Below, one piece after another: positions 23,046 through 35,934 of a stretch of 64,000 nucleotides of DNA. The position numbers and the translations under genes were made by a program. Source of the stretch: Pseudovirgaria hyperparasitica (lineage: Eukaryota); NCBI GenBank assembly GCA_010093815.1, contig ML996574.1; one strand, written 5' to 3'. Numbering within the stretch: position 1 is the first letter of the stretch; each line of letters begins with the position of its first letter. The notes beneath the pieces are model-generated. The model made no database searches, had not been told where the DNA came from, and saw nothing but the letters and a program-made list of their open reading frames with translations.

Positions 23046-26000
23046 CTAAAAAATATCCTCCAGCCCGCTCCACTCCTTCGTCCCCTTCGCAACCGCATCC
23101 CGCTCCTTCCAGTACTCGTGGTTGAACTGCCAAAACTCCTCCCCAGTCGCCTCATCCGTGGCCTTGTGGAACCAGCGCGGCACAAACTCCTCGCCATTCG
23201 CCTCTCGCTCGCGTCTCTTTGCGCGCTGCTTCTCCTCGACGCGATTCTTCTCGCTCGCCGCAAAGTCGTACTCGCCGTCCTCCATCGCGCGCTGGTCCGG
23301 CCGGAGCCGGGTGTCCGTCGGCGCAAGCACAGGCCGGAGCTTGTCGTTGATCTCGTTGAGCGTGACGCCGAAAGGCGTGAGGTTGAACGGGATGCCCTTT
23401 GGACGGGCATGGCATTCCCAGATGAGGACTGCTTGGTTGGTCTTTGCGTTTGCGCCCACGGCCGCGTCTTCGAAGCCGGGCGTGAGTCGAGCGTAGATCT
23501 TGTCGTTCCAGTGACCGCCCACAGACCACCTTGTCTGACCGTTTCCGTCAAGCACTTTGCCATTAACCTGGTATGCCGAGCTGGCTTTCCAGCCGCGGGG
23601 CTTGAATTCGAGCGTGCACACTTCACCCGTCGCGTGGTTCTTGACCTCCATGACGCCGTAGTTGTCGACTGTAGGATTTCCCGTGATTATCCCAATGACA
23701 GACGACGTGACCTTCTTCCATGTGTAGAGTTCTGAGCCGCCAGACGTGGGGCGTAGGCGCAGAAACCATGTCCCGAGCGGATTGATGTCAAATGATTTAC
23801 CGTAAAACTTCGACTTGACCGCAGATTCACCCTGCATGTCATGTTAGCTTCCTTTTCAAATCGAGTGCGGCATTCCACTCACGTAGTAGTCCCATTTCGG
23901 AGCCTCTGCATACGCCGCTCCGATGGGCGGATGGTGGCTGACTTGTTCAATGAAGAACCGATAGCCCTTGTCCGGTCGGGCGTACTCGTACGTCTCACCA
24001 AGTAAAGGATTGAAAGGTTTAGCCACGCGTCCAATCGTAGAAGCGTACTCACTGGCTGCAAAGGCAGCCACGTATACCATACGCTCTGTTGAGTCCATTC
24101 GATCGGCAGCCTGGTCAAGAAGATCGGTATATTCCATATCCTCTGCTACACGCTGAAGCAGTGAAGTAGGTTCGTTGAACGATACAGGCAGCGTCATCTT
24201 AGTCATGTCTTTACCAATCATGGACTTCAAGATCCCCTATTTTTCGTCAATTACGACCGCAGTCAGAACAAGTGGCACACATACCCAGAGCGAGATCTTC
24301 GGTCGATCATCTGCATCCATCTTCAATCTCTTCCGAGGCCCATCTTCATACCCGGCAAATGCAGTCGAGATTTCCGCCGCTTTATCTCCCAAAGTCATAT
24401 CTGTGGATGGTGCCGTCTCGAACTCCTTCAGACCAGGGCTCGTGACAGGCATTTCTTCAATCACTTCTACTTCACCAGCACCGACAGCATCGAAAAACTC
24501 CTCATCGTCCTCCGAGTCTGAGTCGATAATCGCTGGGTCTACGAGAGTAGTCTTTCGGCGAGGCAAGGTGAGCTCAGGCTCTGCAGACTTCGCGCCCGGT
24601 GCTCCGGCGTCAGGCTGGGCATCTTCAGCACCAGCCGCACCAGCCGCATTGTCCATGCCTCCCAGAGCTTCTCTTAGAGCCCGCTTAGTCTGTCGGCGCT
24701 TCTCTTCGGACTCGCCAATGCGCTCCTCGAGCTGTTCTTGTTCCTTGGCGACCTGCGCCATACTCTCCTCCCACATTCGTCGAACGTTGGCCTCACGGTC
24801 TAATCGGTATTGCCAATAAGCGTCACGGTCCCGTGAGATTCTAAGCAAGTCACCAAGAAGCGCCTTCAAAGTCCCAACGGCGGCTTCATATGAACTGAGA
24901 GCTTGTGTGGCGACGGCGTCTGCCAGCTGTAGTGAAGGATTCCTCTCTCGCTCCATGTGAAGGGCGTGCGACACTTGTGCAAGAAGCTCGAGCTGTAATT
25001 TTGCGGACTGAGCGGTCGTGTTAAAAGCATCCTTATTCGCGGGCTGAGGCTCGTGACTACTGGCATCGTCAAAGTATTCGTCTTCATCGTCTGGGTCCTC
25101 GTCAACTGTGTTGGTGCCTGCATGGCTCACCAGCTTGCCCAGCTCTGACATGCTAGGAGCATAAGCACTGCCCTCTTCCTCGTGCGCTTCGCTAACAGTT
25201 CTCGATATACTTGCTGTTGGTCCGAGGGCACTACTGGGATGGAGATGTCCACCAGCCTTGGAGCTTGTAATACTGGCCGCGTCCGTGTCTTTTGCTTGCT
25301 TCCTTTCACTGGTAGAGTGCCTTGTTGACTCAAAATCAGTCTTCTGTCGACGCTCATCCTCTTTAGCTTCATCCTTGCTCCACTGAATGGCGTTGTTCAA
25401 CGACCAGAACCATCGCTTCGCTTCGACTTCGTGGTTCGCTTTGAGGTGGTATTTGACTGATGATTTGCCCTGTATTTCAAAGAGTTGTTTGTCCTTGGGA
25501 TCCATATAGAGCTTGGCTATCCTCATGTTGATAGCGCCACGGCACGCCGATCCAGCATCCTCTGATCGAAGTGTTAGTTGCACTCCGTCACACATCTGTG
25601 CATATTCACATACCTTGTCGTTTGTAGTAGCTCAATACACCATCTTCCAAGACGAACCACCTGAGCTTGTAACCACTCGTGTAGTTGGTCCACTTCTTCA
25701 GATATCCCTTCATTTCGCGCGCTTCCTTGCTACCAAGGGTACCGTCAGCACCTGGCTGGGATGCTGCACCACCGAGAATGGTCTTCTCTTGGATGCCGCG
25801 TTGCGCCGCGGCCGCTGCGGGCGATTTCTTCAACAACGCTTTCGTCTTATCATCCTTTGTGACATCTTGGGGCAACTTCCCTTTCCGGTCTCTGCGGAAT
25901 GGATCGGCTCCATTGAGCAAAAGTAGTTGAATCAGAGTGGCATCTTTACCACGAGCGCCTTGGTGCAACAATGTGCCGCCGCTTTCCAGTGTCGTATGAT

Positions 26001-26967
26001 CCGTAGCAAGATCTGGCTGATTGACATCGAGCACACTCTTGACTTTCGCATCCACCAGCACTCTCTTCAGCTCGTCGTAATTCTTCTTAACGACCAGCTC
26101 ATGGATATGTGTGATGCATTCTTGGATGAAGTCGAAACGCTTCTCCTGGAGCAGTTGGTGCACGTCTGCACCACGTGCAACGTCCAAGGGAGTCTGTCCG
26201 TTGAAGTTGGTAACCGAGTCATTGATCTCTTCGTCCCGAGCAAGGAGCATCTTGACCACCGGGAAGCGACCGAGACTTGCAGCAATATGAAGCGGCGTGT
26301 TTCCGTCGCGGTCCCGCGAGTTAATATCCAGGCCATTGCCTTCTCCAGCAGTGATGTTTGACAGCACAAACTCTACGACACGTAGATCGGCGCATTGTAC
26401 GGCCAAGTGTAATATCGAAGTACCTTCGAGCCCACCAGACTGATCCCTCACAGCTTTTGAAATTGCAGCAGTATCCCCATTCCGCAGTGCTTCGAAGACC
26501 CTAAACATCTTCACAGACTGTTCGATCGTTGCGCTCTTGCCAGGCCGTGAAGGAGCCGAGGTTGGCTGCGGTACCGGAGACACGCCTTCTGGTGACATGG
26601 TTGCGGACAAATGCACTCTTCCTTTCATCGACGGTTGTCTTGTGTGCTGCGTGCCTGGTCGCGTTGATGGTTGCTGCGAATAGAGAGACGGAGATGTTGT
26701 AGATTGTGTAGGAGCGGTAGAGGATTCACCGTCGTGTGCCGCGGCTTCGTTGCGTGAGGATACACGGGAGAGTAGCGACTTGACGCTACTAGATTTTGAG
26801 CGCTTATGACTATAGAGTGCACTTGGTTAGCATGGACATGGATATGACTAGGACAATCGGGGGGTACAGTGCATATCAATGACACCACAATGATGGTACA
26901 AGTCGACAACCACAATCTGAAGGGCGTGAACAGTTGTCAATGTTGCGTACCTTTCTATCTTGTCCAT
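23046..26967 (-). CDS. OSH1: Oxysterol-binding protein, Osh1/Osh2 type (ankyrin, PH, FFAT, ORD), ~1209 aa, 5 exons
   Basis: Exons 26967-26951, 26809-25614, 25561-24285, 24236-23883, 23831-23046 splice in frame. Ankyrin [45 protein letters not shown] signature EQVSHHPP. Confidence 0.93.
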
Positions 26968-27532
26968 GTTGCTATTACGAAGAGAGCCCCTGTGTCTATG
27001 TACAGCGGAGCATCTAGATGCAGAACGGCGACAGTTTAAGAAGGAATTACAAGCGACAATAAAGGTATTGGATCAGCAAAAGAATTCTTTGTACACAGTC
27101 AAGGATGACAATGAGAGGGGAGAGTATGAAAGGGGAGGGGGGGGAGACAAAGAAGCAGGGAGATTGGAGGAAACAGAGAGAGTGGGGTGCTGCAGTTTGA
27201 TGAGACGTCAGTCCGCGTTGTGACGTGCGGCGATTAGTGCCTGACTGGGCTGGCCTGGCTGAGGGTCAGGCCTAAATCCCGGCTGACCTCACAGTGAATA
27301 ATAGTGCGCTTTCATCGCACAATGCTTTTGCATTCAGCTCTACGTCGAGGTCTATCATGCGCTGTTAAACTAAATACCGATTCTGCCAGCTCGACAAGAA
27401 GCCTCGTATCCACACGCATTGTAGAAAATCGCAGCTTTTGTGCTTGCTTGTTGATTGTGCACCCCGATCCTCAACTTGGCCCAATGCCCAATGATAGACA
27501 GACCAGCTTTCTTTTGACCCCTTTACCAATCA

Positions 27533-30193
27533 CTAAGCGCGACCCGAGTACTCAGGCTTATATGTCTTGACGCCGCCAGCCTTCATGAGCTCTCGCAGCG
27601 CCATTGTCGCATATGTGCTCGATCCAAGCTTCATCCTGATGATGACTGCAATCTTCTTCGTGAGCTCATCATCGCCTGCCTTGGGCAAGTTCTGTCGGTC
27701 GTTGGCGGTTGTCAGGTTCCTCTCCCTGAATAACCTGTCAAGGTCTGTCTCGACCAACTGCTCATCGACACTGCTGTAGCTTTTCACCTCTCCGGTCATG
27801 CCATCTCCAACTTTGCCGAGGAGCTTCCTGTACCCGCCGCTCAAGCTTACTTCCTTCCAACCTCTACGCATATCATGTGGATTGAGCCCTCCACCGCGTT
27901 CGCTGGCCATGAATTCCTTGTAAAACTCGCCAATAGCGTTGGCGGGATACTCCACGTCCCAGCCCGGCAGGCTTAGCACCACATCAAATATGCTGTACTG
28001 TCCACTTTCGGCCTCTTCCTTGTTCAGAGCTCTGGCACGTTCATGTACATCGTCCAAACCTGTGGCTCGATCTTCCGCCGCAGGTAACACTACCTCTTCT
28101 CCTGCTTGGTCGAAGTCTTCGATCGGTGCAATTGGCTCAGAGTCCTTCTCCTTGTCCTTATGCTCGTGCACAAGGACCAAGTCGCCCTCGACGACACGGC
28201 CGCCATACAACTCCCAGCGCTTTGATGCTACCACGTTCCAGACTAGAGACTGATATGCGTGGACGTACATCAAACGCAGCGGGCGTGATATGGTCTGTAA
28301 TGCACCCTGGAGATCGTTCTCATGTCCTCGCGCAGCCAGATGGCGGATGACGGCCGCCTCAGCAGAGAACTTACGGGGAAGTATGCCTAGAGCTTCATAA
28401 CCCTTTCCAGTAGTCCGCCATATATTGATGGCCAGTGCGCGGTCGAGGTCATCTGTTGCGACTGGTGTGGATGATTGATTCCTTCGGTCGATATCAAGGA
28501 GGGCCGGATCGAAATCCAGGATCTTGTCGACCGCACCACGGAAATCTTCTTGTAGCATTTTGACCCCGATCTCGTCCGTTGTTGCAGCAAACGTGCCAAA
28601 TCGCTGGAGACCATAGTAGTTCAGGAAGCCGTTGCGGTTCAGGTTCGCCACAGCTGTCTTGATGATATCCTCCGCCACCTTGGCTTTCTCATCGTGAGGC
28701 AGATCTGCAGCACCAGAGAACGAGCAGTCTCGCAGTGTGATGACAAACTCATTGCCTGTGAGGTCGCCAAGGTCGAGTCCATTGGGCTGATATTCGAAAT
28801 CTCCTATCTTTGCTTGCCTCAGGAGCTTCCCGTGTTTACTCAGTTGGTCTGCATAAGCTCTTCGTACGCAAACTCTCTGAACCGTGACTCCTCTCCTGTC
28901 CTTCGTGCCGGCGAATTGAAAGCTCTTGGCCGGTACTTTCATCTGACTCGCCAAGTATGCTATTGACTCCATCGTGTCTTTGTTCTCCTTGTACAATGTG
29001 AAGTGCAGGTATTCTCCTCCAAGCTCTGCCCATCCAAGTTTGCCCCGTGGTTTCTCAGGGCGACCATCGCTGCGCGAATTCCCACCTCGACCTCCCCTTC
29101 CACCTCTATTGCCCCTACCTCCTCTACCGCCCCTACCTCCATGAAAAGTGTCGTTGCCACGCTGGCTAGGAGGCATGGCTTTGACTACCATGCTGCCATC
29201 GTTCTCTGTCAGACTTTCAAGCCGACCGGAGAAGATGTCGCGGATAGCTTGATGAGCTCTGGTACGTTGCGCCTTATCAGCAAGCTTTCCGACTTTGACT
29301 TGTGAGAAATCGCGTGCTTTCCAGTCGGGATGTTTGAGCACGCTGTTGTTAAGCTTCAGGATTCCAGCAGTTCGATCGCCGAAAAGATCATTCAGGATGA
29401 GAATGTTGTCTGCAGAAATTTGTTTGGAATCATGAACTACCGAAGCTTCGTCAGGCTTTTCGTCGTTCGTTCCTTGCTCGTGCTTAGCATCAGTATCGCC
29501 ATTGCTGTCTGGTCCTTCATTCGAGCCATTTGTAGCAACAGCTTCATCTGTAGCTTGCGTTTCCTCTAGAACCTCAGACTCTTTCGTCTCAGCCTGCTTC
29601 AACTCCTCAGCTGCCTTAGCTTCCTGTTCCTGCTTCTTCGCCTCTTGCCTCTTTTTCTCTTCAATTTCGAGCAGGTGCCGTTCCCTCTGCGCAGACTCCT
29701 CTCTGACCTTCTCAGCCATCAAACCCTCGATACGGTCGCGAAGCTTCTCATCTCCGAGACTCGTCAAATGGCAGACCTCTCCATCGGGCAGAATCTCATT
29801 GACCAAGAAATCCGTATAACGCTGCTTGAGCACACCTTCGAATCCCCGGGTATCTGGTACAACATACTGGGTAATCCCAACACGGCTTTCCTTCGAGACA
29901 ATGGCGGCAGTAGTATGCGTAGTGACAAGTCGCTGCTCCGAGGCCTTCTCTAGCTGAGCACGGTTCGAGACTTGTGATTCAGCAGTTGGTTGAGGTGCAT
30001 TATCTTGGGTGTCGAGCACGAGACGAGGCTCCGGGCCGTCCAATTGAGCCGTATCTTTTGTGGCTACAGCTGGAGGAGCGTTGTCGAGCTCCATAGCGTC
30101 AGGTTGCGATGGATGAAGGGAAGGTGCAGAGGGAGAAAGGCGAGCTCGCTTTGAGGGAGGACCGTGATCTTCGCGGGGCGACGATGACATCAT
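27533..30193 (-). CDS. PUS7: Multisubstrate pseudouridine synthase 7 (TruD family), ~886 aa
   Basis: Motifs GVLKQRYTDFLVNEI, LYKENKDTM, catalytic AGTKDRRGVTVQ, GNEFVITLR, GFLNYYGLQRFG, MYVHAYQS, STYATMALRELMK. Confidence 0.93.
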   Translation of the reverse strand: MMSSSPREDHGPPSKRARLSPSAPSLHPSQPDAMELDNAPPAVATKDTAQLDGPEPRLVLDTQDNAPQPTAESQVSNRAQLEKASEQRLVTTHTTAAIVSKESRVGITQYVVPDTRGFEGVLKQRYTDFLVNEILPDGEVCHLTSLGDEKLRDRIEGLMAEKVREESAQRERHLLEIEEKKRQEAKKQEQEAKAAEELKQAETKESEVLEETQATDEAVATNGSNEGPDSNGDTDAKHEQGTNDEKPDEASVVHDSKQISADNILILNDLFGDRTAGILKLNNSVLKHPDWKARDFSQVKVGKLADKAQRTRAHQAIRDIFSGRLESLTENDGSMVVKAMPPSQRGNDTFHGGRGGRGGRGNRGGRGGRGGNSRSDGRPEKPRGKLGWAELGGEYLHFTLYKENKDTMESIAYLASQMKVPAKSFQFAGTKDRRGVTVQRVCVRRAYADQLSKHGKLLRQAKIGDFEYQPNGLDLGDLTGNEFVITLRDCSFSGAADLPHDEKAKVAEDIIKTAVANLNRNGFLNYYGLQRFGTFAATTDEIGVKMLQEDFRGAVDKILDFDPALLDIDRRNQSSTPVATDDLDRALAINIWRTTGKGYEALGILPRKFSAEAAVIRHLAARGHENDLQGALQTISRPLRLMYVHAYQSLVWNVVASKRWELYGGRVVEGDLVLVHEHKDKEKDSEPIAPIEDFDQAGEEVVLPAAEDRATGLDDVHERARALNKEEAESGQYSIFDVVLSLPGWDVEYPANAIGEFYKEFMASERGGGLNPHDMRRGWKEVSLSGGYRKLLGKVGDGMTGEVKSYSSVDEQLVETDLDRLFRERNLTTANDRQNLPKAGDDELTKKIAVIIRMKLGSSTYATMALRELMKAGGVKTYKPEYSGRA

Positions 30194-30496
30194 ATATGGA
30201 AGTCGCGCGCACAAACAGAAGCTGCACGGTCAGACTCTGGATGTGGGTGAATTGAGGTTGTGTTGTGAATCAAGCCCTGCGCTATGAAATCTCCAAACTA
30301 GGCAAGAGTTCTGCGGAGCTCGGGCGGGGCAGTTTTTCGCGGTGCAAGTCGCGTAAACATGCACAAATGGCATGGATTGTCACTTAGTGGGCTAGGTATT
30401 CTACGCGGCGCTCCAACTATCCTGCTATCATTCAAGTAATGTTTGCGAATATCATCTAAGTATACAACGTCGTCTAGTCTATCTACATGGAGATCA

Positions 30497-33400
30497 TCAT
30501 AGTTCGTCCACAACATGCTGTTTCTCTGCCTCTTGGCCTTTCACGGCTTCATCCACTATCTTCTGGATCTTCTCTGCCGATGGAGGCTCACCATTCTGAT
30601 CAACATTGAGTTCAATGACTGGTGGAGTTGCTTGTTCAGCATCGGAAGACGTCGATGTCGATGTCGGTTTCTTGGTTTTCGATTTAGATTTCGACTTCGA
30701 TTTCGACTTCTTGGCTTTCTCCTGCTGCTGTTGATCCCGGATCTTCTTCTGCAAGATGCTCATAGTAGCCTCAGTCAACTCTTTGGCCTTGCCCTCGACA
30801 TCTCTGACTGAGAAAGCGGCGTCTTCATGGGAAGCCAGCTTGTCCTGTGCTGCCATTTTCTCAGCAAGCCAACTCTCAACAGATTCGTACGCTTTCTCGA
30901 TGACACCCAGATCATCCTCGGTGTATGCCAGACCCATGTCCATCTTCGAGGGCTTGGTCTTGGGTGTCTCGTCCTCATCGAGCTCAGCCAGAGGATCAGC
31001 GCTAGGCGTGCCAACCACTGCTTCTTCCGCAGCCGAGGCTGCTGATGCTGCGGCCTCCGCGATACTGTTTCTTATCGCGTCAATCATGGACTTAGTTTGC
31101 CGAAGTGACTCCTCCATAGTCTTGATAATTTCAGGCCGCTTAACAGATTCGTCTCGTCGTTTGATTATCGGATCAACAACATCGGTCAGACTCTTCATTT
31201 TCTCCTTCAAGATCTCTTTGGTAGCATCAGAGCCCTCGCCGTATAGCCAGTCACTGATATCAGAGAGTGAGCTCGATAGCTTGTCCCGAACTTCTGCGGT
31301 AGACGCAGCGATGAAGCTTTCGTCCTCAAGTAGGTCGCGAGTGCGGTAGGTATATGCTTCGAGTGAATTTTGCAATTCCGCTCGATCCCGACGACCTTTG
31401 TCAGATTTGTCAAATGCGGAGAGCCTGCGTACGTTAGGTTGCTTTCATAACACTCTAAAGGCATATGTTACCTGTCTTTCATAGCAGAAAATTCGGGTTT
31501 TGTGAACTTTTCATAGCCTTGCGCCGTGGTCGTCACCGCGATGCCGGAGGAAACACGTTTCTTCTTTGGCTCTTTCACTTTGCTGTCGACTTTAGTGTCA
31601 GCAGAAGGGGCTGGCTCTTCAGCTGAAGACGATGCAGACACGTTTTCGGCCGGTGCTTCCTCGCCTTCTTTGAGCGGTTCCTGGTCACCCTTCTTCGAAC
31701 CGAAGCCTAAGAAGTCCTTCACGCCACCGAGAACTCCACCCTTATCAGTGTCCTCAACTTCACAGCTTACCGAGCCCTTTAGAATCTCCGGAAGATTGTC
31801 CACGGGATTGATACGAACCAACCACTTGGTCTCGATCTCCTCGCGGTCGCAGCCATCCTCAACTAGCTTAGACACCGTTGCTGTCATGTTCTCCGTACGG
31901 CCCTGAACAACCGGAGACCGAACCGTCTGATCAGTGGCGGTCGGAATCTCTTGCCAAAGAGTAAATTCGAATTCGTCCGTCGTTTTGAACGGAATTTCCT
32001 TTACAATTCCAGTCGGGGAGGTGGGAGTGAACAGTTTCTGAACTCGATCCTTGAGGTTCCAAATGTACTGTACACCGGAGGCGTAGCCATTCGTATCAGA
32101 GTCGCGAATTTCCTTAACTCTGAAGCTGGGGCTCAGGCCAGCCGCTTTGAACGCAGCGCCAAAAACGGCAGCTTCATCAGCGTTGACATTGCTTCTCAAT
32201 TTAGACTTATCATCGGCAATGCTTTCAAGACGCTTTTGAACAAAAGGTGTCCGCACCGCTCCTCCATGCAGAATGACGGAGTCCAAGTCAGACCACTTTA
32301 GTTCTGCTTGCGCTAAAGCTTGAGTGATTGGACCATCAACTCTCGCAGCGAATTCAGTCGTCATTGCCTCATATTGCGTTCTAGACAATTTGTAGCGGAA
32401 GTCGACGTCCTCATAGAGGCTTTCGAAGGAGGCACTCGTGTCAGAGTTGGCGCTCAGAATCTGGCGTGACTTCTCAGATTGAGCCCACAACTTCGCCATT
32501 GTTCTACCATGCTTCTTGATGTCTTCTGTGGTTGCACTAAGAGCCTTGCCTCCTGGGCTTTCTTTGAACTTGGTGACCATATCATCGAGAATGACAGCGT
32601 TGAGGGCATCACCACCAAGTGTCCGGTCCCAGCCCGATCCTAGTACTGCCACCTCTTGAACGGTTTTGTTGAACCTTCCGATATCCTTGACAGTCTTGCC
32701 TTGGAAGCGAAGAACTGTCGCACTAGTCGAGCCAGCCCCCATGTCGAAGACCAGATGATATTCAGGCTTGTTGTCGTCTTTCGTGATGTCTGGGAATGTT
32801 CGCGTTGTCGCATAATTCATGCCGACGGCCAGACCATCCGTTATGAGCCCAATAACTTTGAAGCCTGCCAGGTTGGCAGCAGTCTCCAAGGCACGCTTCT
32901 CATCGGCCGTGAAGAAAGGGGGAATAGTGAAAACAACTTCGGAAACGTCTGTGCCTTTTCCGGCCATAGTCTTCGCATTATCTCTGATATTCTGAAGCTC
33001 CATGGCCAAAAGTTCCTCCACAGAGAAGGCCTGTCCATCATCACCAAAGCTCTTACTTTTGAATGCTATGGTCTGACGACCGTCTCTTTCCACTAGCTGA
33101 AGCGCTGGATGAAGCTTTTGGTAGTCATCTACAACCGATTGGTCTTGTAGCGGCTTGCCTAGGAGAGGCTTCAGATTGGGGTAGACATCGCCAGAAAAGC
33201 GCGCGGCCAATGCAAGAGCATCACCACCATACGCTCGTTCCGGATACACGACGCCTTGGCCAGTAGACTTGGAGGGCTTGAACGCGATTGCGGAGGCTTC
33301 TTTCCTTTTCGAGTCCTTCGTGAGGACAATCTCGAGGGGTATTCCGGGTTTGACTATAGCTGCCTTGATGTATTCAGTACCGAAATCAATACCTAGGACA

Positions 33401-33498
33401 GCAGAAGCAGCTGAGGCGGTGCTGGCGAAGAAGAACAGAAGCCCTACTAAAAGGGTACATGTCGATGGTAGGCCGCGCCGCCGCCCTGGAGGGGCCAT
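30497..33498 (-). CDS. LHS1: ER Hsp70-family chaperone/nucleotide-exchange factor Lhs1 (Grp170), ~984 aa, 2 exons
   Basis: Signal peptide, LGIDFGTEYIKAAIVKPGIPLEIVLTKDSKRKE, DMGAGST, NADEAAVFGA, NSLEAYTY. Exons 33498-31472 and 31424-30497. Ends in VDEL. Confidence 0.92.
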
Positions 33499-34047
33499 TA
33501 CGTGTGTTTACGCGGAGGTTGCGGAGATCTCGGAGGTGTAGAGAAAGCTTGGATGAGCTTCACAGATGAGAGAATTGTCCCAGCGAAGAATTGAGGGTAG
33601 GAGTGGGGGAGATGATGCTTCTTATGGGACTGGGTGCAAGCTATGGGCCATCTGATGTAGGTGGGCAGAGGGGAGCGCCAAAGTTGTAGTTGTTCGGTCG
33701 TCAGGCCACGCTGGCTTCATCACTTTCTTTGAGGACACTTTACACGCCAAGAACCCACGCCCGAAGCTTAGGCCAAATATTATTAGATACATGTATGTCA
33801 CAGTAGCGGGATTAGCAAGTATCTATACAATCTATAGCTTTCTTATTGTCGAATTTCATGCAGATATCCCTATAGACTGCCACTGCTGCCCTTTGAAGCA
33901 GTATTACCCATGGCGCTACTATTCGGACCCTTGATCTGTAGCGCAGCTATCCACACAAGAAAGTACTGTCCACCTGTCCTAGACGGCGTTACATGCTCAC
34001 AAGGAAAATCCATTCTATCACTGCCCAGGATATTGCCGCATTCACTA

Positions 34048-35333
34048 CTAGATACCGCGGTTAAACTCCACCATACCATCCTTCCCACCGCTGCCCCAAA
34101 ACTCGCTTTCCAGACTCTTGGCTGATATCGCTTGCCTTTGAGGAAATGCGGCCAGAGCCAAGGGTAGTGCAAATATAGATGTTGCAAATATTAACCCTAC
34201 CCCATAATGTCAGCGACCTTTCCAAATGGCAATAGGAATGACTTACCAATATTGACTGGCAACACAAGCCTCGGTCTCTGCTTGAGCCAATCCCTTTGTT
34301 GGAGCCTAACTAGAATCAAAGGAGGCAGGACCATGATAGGCGTCGAGTTGAAGACTCTGCTCGCTGCAGTTTCCGCCACGGCGATGGTCGCAGCCTTCTT
34401 ACTTTTCCCGAGTGATTTGACAGTCTCGTTGTTCTCCTCCAGCTTCTGTTTCTCCTCGTCGCTAAGAACGGGAAACACGTCGATGCCTGTACGAATTTCT
34501 TCGCCTCTCATGAGGAAGACATTGAGGGCACCCGCGCTGGCTACGGCCGCAAATGGTACTAGTCGCCCAAGAGTCACTCTGGCTGCCGGCGACAATTTTT
34601 TGAGCCGTGGGACTAGCGAATTCAATCCTAGAGCCACACTGCATGATGCTCCTACGGCTAGAAAATATGATTTGACCATGGTCGAGGTGGACAGGGGTGT
34701 CGACTTATTCGCATTTGCGCTGTTGATGGCAACGTTCAGAGACTGATTAGTTATCTGCCACCCTAATATACCAGCAGTCTAAGAAGAGAGAGTTAGAACT
34801 GGGTAAAAGACGCATCGCTCAGAGTTAAACCTACCCCCATTCCAGGCGTGAGCATGCCTGCAGTGACTACCAAGTTTGAGAGAACAAAACAGGACATGCG
34901 AAACGGTAGAAAGACTGGCTGGCCAGTATCTATAGGGGTCAGAATCGTGTTTACTGAGGCCATATGAACACCATACCCGGGTGTAGTGTAGAGTCTATTA
35001 TCTTCTTTGCTTGCCATAGATCCTGGTTCATCTCCCGTATCTGGCCAGTTTTGTATGCGGAAACGAGGTTTTTAGCATGTTGAAGACCGTGTGCTGATGT
35101 AAAGAGCGTCCTGCCATACATCTGTTAGCCAAATGGATCTCAGAGCGACCAAAAAGGAATCAAGGAGTATCAGCAATGGTACTCACCACACGTTGTGTGT
35201 AGAGCATAACCAGCGCGAAGCAACCTCACCTAGGGTCTGAGATATCCGCAGAATGCCTCACGCGACCCCAGTACGTGCTGAGATCATACTGGGACGCTGG
35301 AAGCTCGCGGCTACCTGGGAGAGATGCCGACAT
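34048..35333 (-). CDS. FSF1: Sideroflexin (mitochondrial carrier Fsf1), ~337 aa, 5 exons
   Basis: Exons 35333-35230, 35110-34977, 34929-34835, 34778-34247, 34196-34048. Motifs YDLSTYWGRVRH, DSTLHPDTG..FLPFRMS, WQITNQSLNVAIN.AN, RLVPFAAVA, C-terminal FNRGI. Confidence 0.93.
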
Positions 35334-35934
35334 GAATAGCGACTCTCAATTGAGCTTTTAGAGAGATGTTCTTGGAATGCGACAAGAGAACCTAGCGGTG
35401 AAGCTCTTTACAGCAGCCGGAGCTGTGTGCTTAGCGCGCCGGCTCCCGATATCGGAAAAGTGGGGCATGGAAATGCGACAACGACGTTTTTAATTCGTGG
35501 TCCAAGACTACTCCTATGAGATTTGTTCACGGTTGCGACATGACATTAAACACTTGGATATTTGTTGAATGGAGTATGACATCCAATGCCCGCTGTTCAT
35601 AGCAGTTTAGTAGCACATTCATTGCGCTACCGATGACATCATGTGGTCTTAATTCTGTCTCTGTACAGTATGAGGTAACAGGGTTTCATATAGGAACATA
35701 TGTGACGATGAGCCAGCAATTCACCTCCGCTTGAGGTCAAACGTCAGTATCGCGTGTTTCTTAGGAGTTCGCTAAGACCTCCAAAGGTGTCCGGGATAAA
35801 AGAACCGTAGTTTCATGGATTGACCCCGCACTACACATCCATGAACTCCTCAACTATCACCACCCTGAACTCAAGTCTGTTCATCACGATACTCAAAGTC
35901 ATACTGAGTAACCTAAGTAACAAACATATCAATA

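Noticed and set aside
35111..35229. Internal GTGAGT donor in FSF1 intron 1 (alternative 5' site or nested intron)
   Set aside because: Use as an alternative donor adds 43 nt and shifts the frame. Nested splicing cannot be supported from sequence alone.
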